Assembly: GCA_964016885.1 (NCBI GenBank)
Contig: OZ024743.1
Location: 14,756,001 to 14,820,000, forward strand
From: Eledone cirrhosa
Taxonomy: Eukaryota
Direction: 5' to 3'
Length of the DNA: 64,000 nucleotides
The position numbers were made by a program, and so were the translations under genes. Numbering within the stretch: the stretch's first letter is position 1; every line of letters begins with the position of its first letter. Below the pieces are notes generated by a model, which saw only the letters and a program-made list of their open reading frames with translations, was not told where the DNA came from and did no database searches. Positions 38,288 to 51,749 of this stretch are shown here, piece by piece.

Positions 38288-40265
38288 TTACTTACCTTCC
38301 GGGCTCTTGTGAAGGTCGGGTTGTTCGACCTCCATAGTTGGTGGGATTTCTTTAGGGAACGCCTTTAAAAGTCTTGAAGTGGGTTTTACGTTCGGGGTTC
38401 CCACGTCCCGAGGAAAGCTGTCTCGTATTTCTTTGAATAAATCGATCGACATTCGCACCAGAACCAAATCTTCCGGCACGCGAAATGTGCTCGATTTAAA
38501 AATTTCCCCCTTTTTGTATGTTTTCACTTCGTGCTACAACAGCCACCAGTTTCTTGTTGGCCCTCCTGACGAGCACGACGTTTTGTATGTTTTGTTGGTG
38601 TGATTGTATTTGTTTGCACGGCTCGGGTGGTGATGGTTTTGGTGGTGTTGTTTCGGTTGTGTCTGTGTTTGTTGTGAGTGCGGTGTCTGTGGTTTCAAAA
38701 GTTTGTGTGTATATTTGTTCTTGTGTCTGTTTAGGTTGTTTGCGTTTGGGGGATTCTGGTGATGGTGATGGTGGTGTTGATGTTGGTGTTATTGGAGAGA
38801 TGTTTGCGTGGGTGTTGTCTGCGTTTTTTATTGTGGGTGATTTTGTGCATTATTCAGTGTTTTTTTTTTTTTGTGTTTCCTTTTTTGTATTTTGGGGGAT
38901 TTTGGTTTTCCCTCATCTTCACTACTGGTAGATGAGGGATCTTTGTCTGCAAGTGTGTCTATGTGTATGTTTATGGTTTTATTGGTGTGTGTATTTTTGG
39001 GGGGAGGGGGAATTTGACAGCTTTCCTCGTTTCCCCCCTGAGTGGTCAATGTTGGTAGTGGTCTTTCTATTGGTGTTGTTTTTGGTCGTTTTGCCGGTGC
39101 TGGTGTTGTTTGTGGTCCTCGCCCCGACGTCGTCAGCAGCGGAGCCTGTCGATTCTTGCCTCTTTCAGCAGTTGAGGGCAGAAGGCTCGCAAATGGGTTT
39201 TTTACCCTCAAACAAAACACTGCGGCCTTTTGCCTTCGGTCATAATGTGAATGACCGTCCCATTCTGAAGGCGGATGTAGTCCGGGATTGTCTTCACATT
39301 CTCGGGCCTGATCTGGAGAAGGATCTCCAGGTCAACTCCGGACCACTCCTCTCTGGCCATTCTGGTCACTTCTACAGGGACGGTCGCCGTCCCCTCCATA
39401 ATCACACATCCCAGAAGCCACCACATGTCAAGTCATGGTGGGATTCTGGGAATGCGGAGACGGGCCGTTCTTTTTTCCATGTGGGAGGGGTTCATTATGA
39501 CCTTCCTGGTTTTGCAAGGAGTCATAGCGTGTTTCATAGCGAGGGCTTCTGACTTGAACAACACCGAAATGGTGCCGTACTGTCTGCCCCTCTCTATGTA
39601 TTCAGTGTCTTCTCTGATGCACCTCAGCGCGACTTCGACATCTGCTTGTGGGATTAAAGCTGCCCTTTTGGTTTGTGCTGAGATGCATCTATAATGCACC
39701 GTTCTGCGCTCCACTGCCACAATAGCTTCTACCGGGACAGTTAAGTTGGCCCAGGTTTTCTCTTGCCTGACGAGCTTCCATGCCTGAGCCAACTTTTCAT
39801 CTTTGTTTGAGAGGTCCATGTTGAAGCATGGCCTCTATTCTGCTGCTGCCGCAGCGAAAGTATTCTTCTTGTTTTCGTTGGGGGTGTTGTTGTCGTTGTC
39901 GTTGTTCTTATTGGTGTTGTTGTTATCACTGTCGCTGTTATCATTGTTGTCTTTGTTGCCTCTGTTTTTCTCGGTGCAGTTGGTATTGTTGGTGTTGGTG
40001 TTGTCGCTATTTGTTTTCATGTTAGTGGTGTTGATGTTGTTGCATTTGTCATTTTTCTTTTGTCATCTGTATTTTCGTTGACGCTGTTACAGTTATTTTT
40101 TTCAAAATTAGAGTTCTCATTGTTATCTTTGGTGTCTTTGTTTACATTGTTTGTGGTGGTGGTTGTGTTATCAATGTGTGTTAATTTCGCTGTAGCGCTC
40201 CTCTCAACTTCTACGTCGTTGTCGCACGACAGCAGACATATCGCTGGAGGGCGTGGCACAGCCAT
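38288..40265 (-). pseudogene. Tx1 copy 3 ORF1
   Basis: MAVPRPPAICLLSCDN, IERGRQYGTISV, HLRAFCP remnant; frameshifted. Confidence 0.78.
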
Positions 40266-40480
40266 ATTTTTATTTATCCCGTAAATTTTTTAACATGTAA
40301 AAAAAGTTCAAATATTTGGGCCAAAAGGCCCAAATATTATACTTTCCCCTTTCCGGGGCAAAGTCTAAGGGCTTATATCACTTACACAACAAGAAATTTT
40401 TAACAACAAATAATTTTAACAGGCAAATAAAGCGACTTACTGGGAGCGAGCAAAATACGTCCGCTTAGACCAATAATAAT

Positions 40481-40660
40481 TGTTTCTACTTTTGGCATAA
40501 GGCCAGCAATTAACCAGTACGTTACTGGTACTTTATTTTATCGACCCCGTATGTATGAAAGGCAAAGTTAACCTCGGCGGATTTGAACTAAGATCATAAA
40601 GGGACGTAACTATGCTGGAAAGCATGTCCGAGCCTCTACCGATACTGCCAATTCACCGCC
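40481..40660 (-). mobile_element. SINE with 17-bp TSD
   Basis: CTTAGACCAATAATAAT at 40464-40480 and 40661-40677. Confidence 0.93.
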
Positions 40661-40686
40661 CTTAGACCAATAATAATAATAATAAT

Positions 40687-41754
40687 ACATGTTCCACAAG
40701 AGGAGTGATGTCGATAGAATCTACTTAAAGAGATCTGGAGGTGGAAGAGGTATTATCAGCATAGAGGACTGTGTTTAGATGGAGAAAAACAACCTGCACA
40801 AATATGTGACTGACAGTAGGGAGTCAATGCTCAAAATTGTACTTAAGGAGAAGACATTAGAACAGGGGATGTCCAGCGAGGAATTAACAAGGCGGAAGAA
40901 CAACCTTCATGAAAAATCCCTTCATAGCACCTTCTTTAAGAAAACAGAATTTAGAGATCCACAGACACTGGTTAAAAAGGGGAAAACTTAAAAAAGCTAC
41001 AGAAGGAATGCTAATGGCTGCGCAAGAGCAAGCTCTCAGAACGAAGTGGCTGAAACACCGTATTGACAAGGAGGGGGCTATCCCACTGTGTAGGATCTGT
41101 GGAGAGAGAGAGAGGCGACTGTGGCTCACATTGTATCCGTGTGTAAACATCTAGCCCAGACTCACTATAAAGGCTGGAGACATGATGTGATAGGCAGGGT
41201 GATCCACTGGCATCTATGCAAAGTAATCAATTTACCACATCCTGAGAATTGGTATGAGCATAAGCCAGAATCGCTGATAGAAAACGATCAGGTGTAGGTA
41301 CTATAGGATTTTAGGATACAGACGGACAAGAAACTGGAACACGATAGGCCTGACCTGGTGGTTTTGGACAAGGAAAAAGATCATGCCTGATTGTGGATCT
41401 AGCCTGCCCATTTCATACGATAGTGCAAGAAAGGAAGTGGGAGAAAATTAACCGATACCAGGACTTAAAGTGGGAGTTAAAAAGGATTTGGAACTGCCAT
41501 GAAATCAAGGTCGTCCTGATTGTCATAGGCGCACTAATTACTATCTCAAAGAGTTTCCAAGGATCGTTAAAGAAGATTAGTATAGCCCCTCTCTTTGGAA
41601 CACTTCAAAAGGCAGGCTTGCTAGGAACAGCAAGAACCCTCCGAGACGTCCTGAATATCTAAGGCTGCAGGTAGCGGGTTGATATTCATTTCAACAAACT
41701 TTCCAGTTAAATAGCATCAATGACTGAGACTCAAAGTACAATAATAATAATAAT
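40687..41754 (+). mobile_element. R4/Dong copy F (5'-truncated, decayed)
   Basis: [10 protein letters not shown] start, [26 protein letters not shown], 3'UTR and AAT tail. Confidence 0.9.
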
Positions 41755-41830
41755 CATAGAGTGTTATGGAATCGCTCCCGTAAGTTTTTGATATTTTTAC
41801 ATATTTAAAACAATTGTGATTTACATTGAT
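41755..41830 (+). mobile_element. 5'-terminal fragment of a further Dong copy (G)
   Basis: GTTATGGAATCGCTCCCGTAAGTTTTTGATATTTTTACATATTTAAAAC matches 23876-23930 and 8015-8070. Confidence 0.7.
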
Positions 41831-41923
41831 GCTATTGAAACATTTTGCTTGGGCTTTTATCCTGGGTGTCCATCTGGTTGCACTTTTGCCTCTACACCCC
41901 ATCCGACGTTTCTTTCTAAGAAC

Positions 41924-41969
<46 letters not shown>

Positions 41970-42061
41970 GCTCTCTCTCTCTCTCACCTTCTCTCTCACT
42001 CTTTATTTATTTCTCTCTTTCTCTCTCTGTCTCTCTCTGCGTCTTTCTCTGTGTATATATA

Positions 42062-42130
42062 CAGTGGCGTAGCTAGTGTGTGGCAAGCAGGGCACATGCC
42101 ACGGGCGCCATATTGAGGGGGCGCAATTTC
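42062..42130 (+). mobile_element. hAT-like DNA transposon terminus
   Basis: CAGTGGCGTAGCTAG...GGGGCGC start is typical of hAT termini; no partner TIR found. Confidence 0.45.
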
Positions 42131-42407
42131 GACCTAGACCGATTTACATCCATGTCGTTTTTATCATTTTTAAAAATATAAGACAAAAATGAACAATGCG
42201 ATTTCTTGATAGCCGACTTCCACGCCATGTCTAGTGCACTAGACAAAGCGGATGTCTGATTTGACTTCACTCATATATAATATATATATGAGTGTATTTA
42301 TTTGTATTGGTGTGTGTCTGTTTGTTTGTGCTTCTGTGTGTGTAGTAATAATACAATAGAAATATCAACATATAAATGGTGCACATACGTACGGAAAATA
42401 TATAATC

Positions 42408-42480
42408 TCCTTATAATATATAACCAGCAATTTCTCTGTCTGTCTGTCCGACAGTGGAAACACGTGCGCGCGTGGTTGCT
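42408..42480 (+). mobile_element. Probable Helitron 5' end
   Basis: TC(T)CCTTATAATATATAA followed by (CTGT)n, like 43832. Confidence 0.4.
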
Positions 42481-42693
42481 ATCTCTCTCTCTCCAGCTAT
42501 CCCTCTCTTTTAGTCTGTCTGTTTCTCTCACTCTCACTCTTTCTCTTTGTAACACACTAACATTCCTCCCCTCTATCGCTGTGACGAATGGGGAGATGGA
42601 AGAGGAGGAGGAGTAGGAGGAGGAGAGAGTCACTTCGTCACTTCACCTCTTTCTTTCTCTCATCTCTCACTCCCTCATTACGTACATACATTA

Positions 42694-42880
42694 GGGCGGT
42701 AGATTGGCAGAATCTGTAGAGAGTCGGACACCATGCTTCATAGCATGGAGTTACGTCCCTTTACGATCTGAGTTCAAATACCGCCGAGGTTAACTTTGCC
42801 TTTCATCCTCACAGGGTCGATAAAATAAAGTACCAGTAATGTACTGGATAACTGCTGGCCTTGTGCCAAAAGTAGAAACA
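42694..42880 (+). mobile_element. tRNA-derived SINE
   Basis: GGGCGGTAGATTGGCAG...GAGTTCAAAT...GTAGAAACAATTATT. Confidence 0.9.
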
Positions 42881-43031
42881 ATTATTAGAAACATTGCTTC
42901 ATTTTTACATATCTAAGCATTAGTAAAATAACTAATAATTTCAAAAGTAATTTTTCAATTCCAATTGTTATGAACAGCAAAACATTAATAATAATTTTGT
43001 TCTAAGAAATATATATACATTTCTGTGTGTG

Positions 43032-43074
<43 letters not shown>

Positions 43075-43228
43075 GAAATATATATACATTTCTGTGTGTA
43101 ATATATATATAGACTAGAACTGTTTCATTCTTGAGAAATCACCAGGAATATATATATATATTGGTTAGTTTCAGAAGATCCCGTTAAGGGTGAAAGCAGC
43201 GATTCTTTGCTTAAACTTTAATCTTTTA

Positions 43229-43234
<6 letters not shown>

Positions 43235-43275
<41 letters not shown>

Positions 43276-43345
43276 TATATGTGTGTGTATGTGCGTGCGT
43301 GTGTGTGTTTTATATATGGGTGTGTGTTATATGTGTGTGTGTGTG

Positions 43346-43390
<45 letters not shown>

Positions 43391-43600
43391 ATATTATATA
43401 TGTATATTATGTGTGTCTCTCTATATACATACATATATATAGGTTTAAGTGTGTATGTGTGTGTTAGCGTGTGTGCATATGTGCGTATGTATGAGTGTGT
43501 GTATGGTATATGTGTGTTACACTATGTGTCTGTATGCTTGTGTGTCTGTATGTGCGTGTGTCTGTGTGTATCTGTGTAAGTGTTCGTGTGTGTGTACAGG
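43235..43600. repeat. Degenerate (TA)n/(TG)n tract
   Basis: Direct reading. Confidence 0.9.
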
Positions 43601-43831
43601 AATTCATAAGTTTCCTAAAATATGTCTGTATGCTTAATTTTTCTTAAAAATTATAAACTGGTTCTTCCTGTCAGAGATAATAATCTGATTTGAGAATAAT
43701 GCATCTCAAAATATGAACATGGGTGTATATATATATATGTATGTGTGTTTGAGTTTGTGTTTGTGTGTTTGTGTGTGTGTTAAATATATATCGACAAGCA
43801 GAAAACCACCCACCGGGTGGTTTTCTGCTAG

Positions 43832-44734
43832 TCTATATATATAAAACTGAGGTTCTCTGTCTGTCTAACTGTCTGTCTGTCTACTAAAATGGTCGGAACA
43901 CATCTCCTCCTAATCCGTACGTCCAGATTTCGGTGTAATTGCTACACTTATAGATGTAGCGGAGACATCGGTCAATAAAATTTTCAAATTGACCTAAGCC
44001 AAGTGCAAAAATCGAATTTGTATTGATTTTTCATTTCAAATGTACAAATAGAGATGAGAGACGAGTTATTTCCTTTTTATGGCGTCATTCTGTCTATCTA
44101 TTTACGTTACAAATATACGACGCGTGCAAAGGTACACAAATACGCGAACAGTTTTCGGACCAGCAACATTTTAACCTGCAAAATTCATGAGTTCGAAGTT
44201 TCAACATTAAGCTTCCATTTTGCTTCATTTCCATTAAAAAGTCTTTTAAAACAATATTTTTACTTGAAAACAAGCCTATTTAAATACACCGTAAAACTAG
44301 CAAATATTGTGTAAAAAAAGCATTGATCTGTATATATAATCTCGAATAAAGCCTTATGAGATTTTCATTTAGAAGCAATGAATTTAAACGACAGACAGAT
44401 AAAGCATTTTTTTTGTTTTGTTTTTCAGGTCCATCCAATTTCTTTGTTTCAAAATAACTGATAGTTTGTTGCAGTGTTCATATTTTTGATTTTTGTTAAT
44501 AGATTACCCGTGCAGTTTTTATCCCCAGCATCCTATTTTGTTTTAACATTCGAGTTATGGTTATGTTTTCTTAACTTCATAAGGCATACTGTTGGTTGAG
44601 GGAATATTAATCAAAAGTACCACATGAAATCTACACTGTAGACTCTACAGTTTTTAAGCCAACAAAGGAACTTAACATTGTAACTTTAACACAGCTACTG
44701 AGCAGCCCCGAGCAACGCCGGGCTTTACTGCTAG
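43832..44734 (+). mobile_element. Non-autonomous Helitron
   Basis: 5' TCTATATATATAAAA plus (CTGT)n; 3' hairpin CCCGAGCAACGCCGGG, then CTAG followed by T. Confidence 0.75.
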
Positions 44735-46813
44735 TAGTTCATAAATTAATTCATAACTCATATTTTTTAAGATGTACGACTGCTAAATTGCAAATATTTT
44801 TAGCTAATCTGCGCAGTCATTATGATGACTATCAATATGATATGAATTTTAACAGAAATATCATTACGAGAGTAAGTATACATTTTGAAGGACTAGTTAC
44901 TTGAAACTATTTAATATTTCTTTAATTTGTCTATAACTAAACAGCTGAAACGTTACTACATTTTCTATTTCAATATCATTAGTCTTGGCCCATCATAGTA
45001 TGTAGCGGACGGAGGATATACATAAAAATGTTTTTCTCTTTTTTTGTTTCTTTCATGAAGCCACACAACAGAATTCATTCTAGATTATCCCCTTGAAGCT
45101 TATGTTTATATGTCCATAATTTTTTCGATTAGTGCTATATGCACATATAAGAAACGTTTAATATCAAACTGTTTATGTCAGGTTATCCAAATGTATCTGC
45201 CCTAAAGATACTAATGACATAAAAAGAAGATAAAGTTGTTTTCTTCAAATGTCAAATATTAACCGAGTCATACATTGTAAAGCTATGATATTTCCAGATA
45301 ATGTGCCAAGAATACATATCCATTCGGATTCATTTGAGCGCATCTCAAGGAAAGCCGCTTAAATTTTGTTAACAGTGTTTATCATTAACGCATTTACCTA
45401 ATACCCAGGAAATCATATATACAATATGTGTGTCTTCTCTCATCTTATGGGTTACCACGTTAACATATTTAAACACTGTAATCCAAATACCACTCCACAA
45501 TTTAGAAATATTCGCACTGTTAACAAAGGAAGAAACGGAAGATTAAATGCATTAATTGTAATATCTGATTAAATGTAAACGGCATTCAGAAATCATGGAG
45601 CAAATAATAATACCTTGAGAAGATGCAGTACAATACATTCACCAGGGATATTTGTGGAATGAAAATAACTCTTATTAACTGTTAAATATTTAGATTGGAT
45701 AAGGTTTATTCTAACGTGGATGAAAAAGTATTTTATTCTTCTTTCCATTGTTGTATCCCCGCCGTTACTGTTTACACAATACTGGTTTTATTTATCCGAA
45801 CATAATGGTGGAGAGATAAATAGAGTGGTGATGTGTGTGATGTAATTTTGTTCATAATTTTTAGTGATGTGATGTATTTACATATTGATCGTAGTTTTAT
45901 TGTTGGAGATGTTACGTTTGTTGCAATCTCCGTAACAGAGTGTATTCAATGAGGAAAAGAATAAACAATGATATAGTACACTAGAAGAAAATAAGCTAAA
46001 AGCCTTTCTAGTTATAATAGGAATATTAGAGATAGTTTATCACCTTTGTACAGTGCTAAATTCAATTGCCCTATCATTGGTAAATGCACTAAATACTGTG
46101 TGGGATTCTTATTTACATCTTTCCTTTATAGATTTCATTATGATGCCCTTTTTAATGTTTTACATATTTTATGAATAAATTGCTACACTTTCTAAAAAGA
46201 TTTCCCACACATTATTATCCACACTATTTTGTGAATGTTTAATAAATATTTTGTCGGGGATAATTACGAAATATCTCCCATAAAATGGAATATTTCAAAT
46301 TTAAATGTGATATGCGTTTGTGTATTATCTTGTGTGAGAATAAAAGGGGAATTTATGAGAATATAAAGATAATGCTTTCAAACACGTGAATAATGAAACC
46401 ATTTTTTAATGTTTGTATGCCCATTTTATGAGTGGATATATCCTCTTAAAAATTAAATTTAACATCTGGTTTAGACTTTTGTTGTATTTGGTGAAGAAAA
46501 TGTAATCGATCAGTATAATTAATGATAAATAGTCAAGACACGAAGTGCGACAAAAAATATATTTATGCGTTTCATGGAGCCTCTAGAACTGAATGATGCC
46601 CATTAGTATTGATTTAATCTATGTAGATGATATGAGTAGTTCATTGTAGATCGTTGCAGTGAGTAGCGACACTATACCGAATTGATTGGAATTGTAATCA
46701 TGCATTTCTTGGAAAATTTACTTATATTAAAAACTACATAATAAAGACTAGTAGAAATTACATTGATGCATGGCAACCAACATACTATCAGTATTATCAT
46801 ACTTATCATAATT

Positions 46814-47001
46814 GGCGGTGGATTGGCAGTATCGGTAGAGGGTCGGACACCATGCTTTGACGCATAGAGTTACGCCCATTGCCATTCTGATTTCAAATCG
46901 CGCCGAGGTTAACTTTGCCTTTCATCCATACGGGGGTCGATAAAATAAAGTACCAGTAATATACTGGGTAATTTGCTGGCCTTGTGCCAAAAGTAGAAAC
47001 A
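46814..47001 (+). mobile_element. tRNA-derived SINE
   Basis: Family match. Confidence 0.9.
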
Positions 47002-48739
47002 ATATTATCATATTTGGTTCTAGTGAGCTAACAAATCTTCATTAAAATGTATCCATTAGAAATGAGAAAATACATTTATAATTAATATCAATTCTGATCA
47101 AGCATCTCCATAGAGAAGTCCTCAAATATTTTATTTAATCAAATTAAATTAAATAACGAATCGTGCAGCAGACGTTGTTCCGTTCTACTGACCAGAGCGG
47201 GTATATTTCAATCTGGTCAGAATACCTCTGTAATGCATAGTATTTACCAGTGCGGTATAATTCCCATAACATGAAAAGTATGTAGATATTTTCAAATAAA
47301 TTATGAAATTAGAAATGAAATAAATTGCCTGAAAACTAATTGGGACAGTTGGTGCATCCAGTTAATTAAATCGGACCGGTGGCAAAAAAGCTATTCTTTA
47401 TATTATTGATCACATTTGGTCAATAATGACAGGGACTATTTTATATTTGTTTATACATCTATAATGATAATTTTACCCCAGCTCACTCCTAAAACAGGAT
47501 AATACGATGTTAAGGTCTAAACAAACGGAATCATCTCCAAAGCTTTCAACGTCATTCAAAGATCTACGTTATATGTTACTGAAGTTGTATTAATTATGAA
47601 AATCAAAATGTTATTGTTCACTACGATAATCTGGCATAGATGCCATATATTTCTAAAAACTTGTTGGCTAGTAAAGTCAATATATCACTTAATGGTTGTC
47701 ATAATATGTAAGTAATACATTTAAAATTGCATATAGCTTTGTTAGATAAACGATTTCCTCCGACAGTTGAAGAAAATGATACAAGACGGGAATAACAAAA
47801 AGATTAAATCAGTTCGTTTCGAAAGAAAGGTGTAAGTGAAATATCTTAACCATAACCAAAACAACACTAATCAACGTTTTATATTTCACTAATGCAAGCA
47901 CAAAAAATATTACAATGATACACCTGAGACAAGCAATGCTAAATAAGACAATCAACTAAATGTATAGTTACATCAAGATTCCTGTACATTAGGAAAAACA
48001 ATTTTAAAATCTTTGCAATCTTTGTGTGTTCGAGGTGTTGGAGATTATCATTGGATCGGATCTGTTGATCTCGCGACACGATAGAATCTTCAACTGCCGA
48101 CATAAGGCAATTAAAACATTCACTATGTATAACCCTGACAATCATGTGATTAGATCATGAGTCTTTGTATCCAATATATTTTAATTATCCCACTCCTTAC
48201 ATCATATTCCTTCTCGCCGCATTTATTTGTCTTTTCCTCTGTTTGTCCCCTTTGTTAATGGTTTGTTTTGAGATAAATCTAATAATTTGCCGCTCAAATT
48301 AATTTATAACCTTTATGGTCATTTCGTTTTTCCTTTCATTTTAACTATTATCTTCTTTCCTCATCTTTCTCTTCCTCATCCTGCACTGTATGATTAGAGT
48401 AGGATTCTTGACCAGCCATATTCCTTATATTGAACATTTCTCCACTTATAATTATACTATTCTTCTCATTGATCCTTGGACTGTAATATCCTCCCACACA
48501 TACAAATCTAGTTTCTATACTTGGTATAATTGTTATTCATGTACTTAATTTGTTTTGTTTTTTGTTCACTATGTTTATTCCTTATATATATTTTTAGTCC
48601 ACTTTTCTCTGTAGACCAAAATGAAATTTGTATATTAGATTTGTCATCAGTAAGCAATGTTTATTGGTAAAATGCGGATCTCACAAATACGAATACGAAT
48701 ATCACCAACATTTTTCTGTTAACTCCTGTTTCTGATGAT

Positions 48740-50040
48740 GTGTATATGCAGGCCAAATTATACATCGCTTTTTGTCCCAATGTATATCACAACAAGCAAC
48801 AACAAAGGCAGTGACAAGAACAACACATTAGCAGCACATTTACAGCTACAGCAAAAATATCAACGGATCACAAATAACTTAGAAAACTTAGAAAACAAAG
48901 ACGTATATTTGGCACAAGCAACCGCTCTAATCAAGCACCAAAATTCATAGTGGTCCTACCTGAGTTTGGCGGCATTGCTCAGAAGAACATTGACATACAG
49001 AACAGTGGAAAACAAACGCAGACGCCCACAAGTAGCACCTGAGAATGAATGCAAAAGAACATTGAAATAAATAACGCCTAGCATAGTACAAGGCAATACG
49101 CAACCATTTCAAAGTTCTTTCAGAGAAAAGATCTGAGCGTGAAACCCTCTGTTGTCCCCCACCTGAAGGATCAATTTATACTGTACTCCTCCTACCAAAA
49201 ACGAAGAATAGTAAGGTTAAAGTTTCCTTGCGTCCACACAGGTTATAACATGAGCTGGATTCTCTCCAGCTTCTTGGAGGGAAATAAACTAAGCTATCCT
49301 AAATGTGAGTAAACCCGGAATAAACTCTGGTTAGGGACCAGTATACAAATAGTACAGAATTAAAAACCTGACAAGATAGAAGGCATGCCTCGACAGTTTA
49401 GGCTTACTGGGTAGCATAGTGCTAAACGCGGTTGCAGAAGGCTAACATCCTCGCTGTCACTTTTGGGGTGAAAAACAACTTTAGAATGTTTTGCCCTCAT
49501 CTGAAGAGAGGTGACCACAGTAATACGTTGGTGCCAAAACCAAAATCACAACATCAACCACAACAGCAGCGACAAAACACATCAACAATAGCTACACCAG
49601 CACCAGCACCAGCAATAGTGACAAACCTGCCAACAACAATATCGATGACAACACACCGATCGCCCAATCAAGCCCTCCATCTCCCTCCATTGTCAAACAC
49701 ACACACACACTTGCTAACACACTTCCTGTTAGAGAGTCTCCAGGCACATGTTCCTCCTCATTTCTAAGGAAAGCTAAGGAAACACCAAAATCAAAACAAC
49801 GAAAATGGAGACAGAAAATTACATGTTCACACATGCCATCAAGCACACAAAACACACCCACAGCAAGCACAGACACACCTACAACAATACCAGCACCACA
49901 AATGTCAACAAAAACACAACCAACAACAACAACACCGACACACCCACAATTCACGATCCACAATATAAAACAAACGCAGACACCAACAATATTAGAAACA
50001 TCCAACTTCTCGTTACTAAGAAGGCCCCCCCAAACAATTA
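48740..50040 (+). pseudogene. Highly decayed Tx1 ORF1-like segment
   Basis: RTLTYRTVE motif near 48985 (cf. LRTVTYRTV) and a T/N/Q-rich tail as in copies 1-3. Confidence 0.5.
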
Positions 50041-50047
50041 TGACCCT

Positions 50048-50084
<37 letters not shown>

Positions 50085-51083
50085 TGATTCCATTTTCAAC
50101 AATGTTACTGTGAGAGCGAATTATGTTTACATGATATGAGGGTAGAGGCAAATCATCACACAATACCAACAATATAATATGTCTCCTGTAGAGAAACATT
50201 TTCTCTACACTACTCCTTATTATGTTGGCATACGTTGTAATCTCTGGTTAATAGATACTGGGGTGAACGAATGTATGAAATACTATAAAAGAAATCACAA
50301 TTAAAACTTCCAAACACTTTACCATGCATCGTAGGTGGAAATGTTTATGTAAGTTTACAGTTGTAAAAGGATGAATGTTTACGACAAATCTAGCAATATT
50401 TTGAATCAGAATTCGCAGAGTAAAATTACGAAACTTTCCTTAAGTAAGATTACAAAAGAGATATAGCATTCAAATAGCTATTTCATTGAAATTGTTAATC
50501 CACGTGTGGTTTGAAGGGCCAATACAGTAATTTTGTTTCAAACAGAAAGCCAAAATCAATTTGGTATTAACTTAACTTCATATTAATAAATCCTATGTTA
50601 CGTCCAATTTGGCTTAATTCCAGCGTTTAAACTTACTCGATACAACGTCCAAGATTTTACCTATTCCTTATTTCTTAAAATTGTTCCCCTTCTTCAGACG
50701 GATTTCCAAGTATATTTTGCTTTCGGGTTTCAATTGTTGGCCGCACTATAAGTTCTAAATATAATATGGTCTCTGAACGACAGGGGACATTGGCGTCGAG
50801 GAGCGAATTTAATCTTTCAGGTTCGATTCATGATATATGATAAAAAGAAACCTACCGCTATTAATAACCTTAACAAAATTAAGACTATGTTTTGAAGGAC
50901 ATCAACGTTATTATATCTTCCTAAGTGAACACGAAAGAAAAAATTAAGGAGAGAAATACTGTACAATAAAACGAGATCGCGATTATATTAGAATGAGGGC
51001 ATATGTACCACATATTCCGAATAAGAAATGTTAAAAATGAACTATAAGAAAAAAGATAGGTATGAGATTAGATATTATATATC

Positions 51084-51263
51084 GGATTGGCAGTATCGGT
51101 AGAGGGTCAGATGCAATGCTTTGCAGCAAAGTGTTACGACCCTTTATGGTCTGAGTTCAAATCCCGCCGAGGTTAACTTTGCATTTCATCCTTACAGGAT
51201 CGATAACATAAAGTACCAGTAATACACTGGATAATTGCTGGCCTTGTGCCAAAAGTAGAAACA
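51084..51263 (+). mobile_element. tRNA-derived SINE
   Basis: Family match. Confidence 0.9.
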
Positions 51264-51749
51264 ATTATAAGATATATCCTAGAAATATTCGAGTAAAAAT
51301 ATCAATTGTATGGAGATCCTACGTTCATCATATGTGTCAATAACAATACAGATAACATTAAAGGTGGGCGAAATATAACAAAATACTTCAATATGTTCTG
51401 TATTATTAGTTAAGAAAATTATTATTTATTCAATTCTAAGCTATAAATGAAAGAATTACGTCTTAATTGCGTTACTGAAATTTTTAAAAAATATCATTAT
51501 TATGTATTGATATCTAAGCAATAAATGAAAGAATTACGTCTTAATTGCGTTATTGAATTTTAATTATATAATAACAACATATTATCTTAAAATTATTATT
51601 CGAAACGAAAAATATAAACAGTTACACTGTATTAATAAGAGCTAGTAGATTATTAATTAATATAGAATTTGATTTTATAGAATTTGATTTTATAGAATTT
51701 GATTTTATTAATCATAATGTATAGAAGAATCGAGGTGGAATTCGGGCTT

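Larger units (their letters stand above)
34583..40471 (-). mobile_element. Tx1-clade LINE copy 3 (near full length)
   Basis: 3' end CCTTGTGGCCAATAAATGAAATCATTATT; ORF1 and ORF2; flanked by AAT. Confidence 0.9.

Noticed and set aside
51435-51710. 45-bp near-tandem duplication and 15-bp x3 repeat
   Set aside because: Local duplications in AT-rich DNA with no further structure
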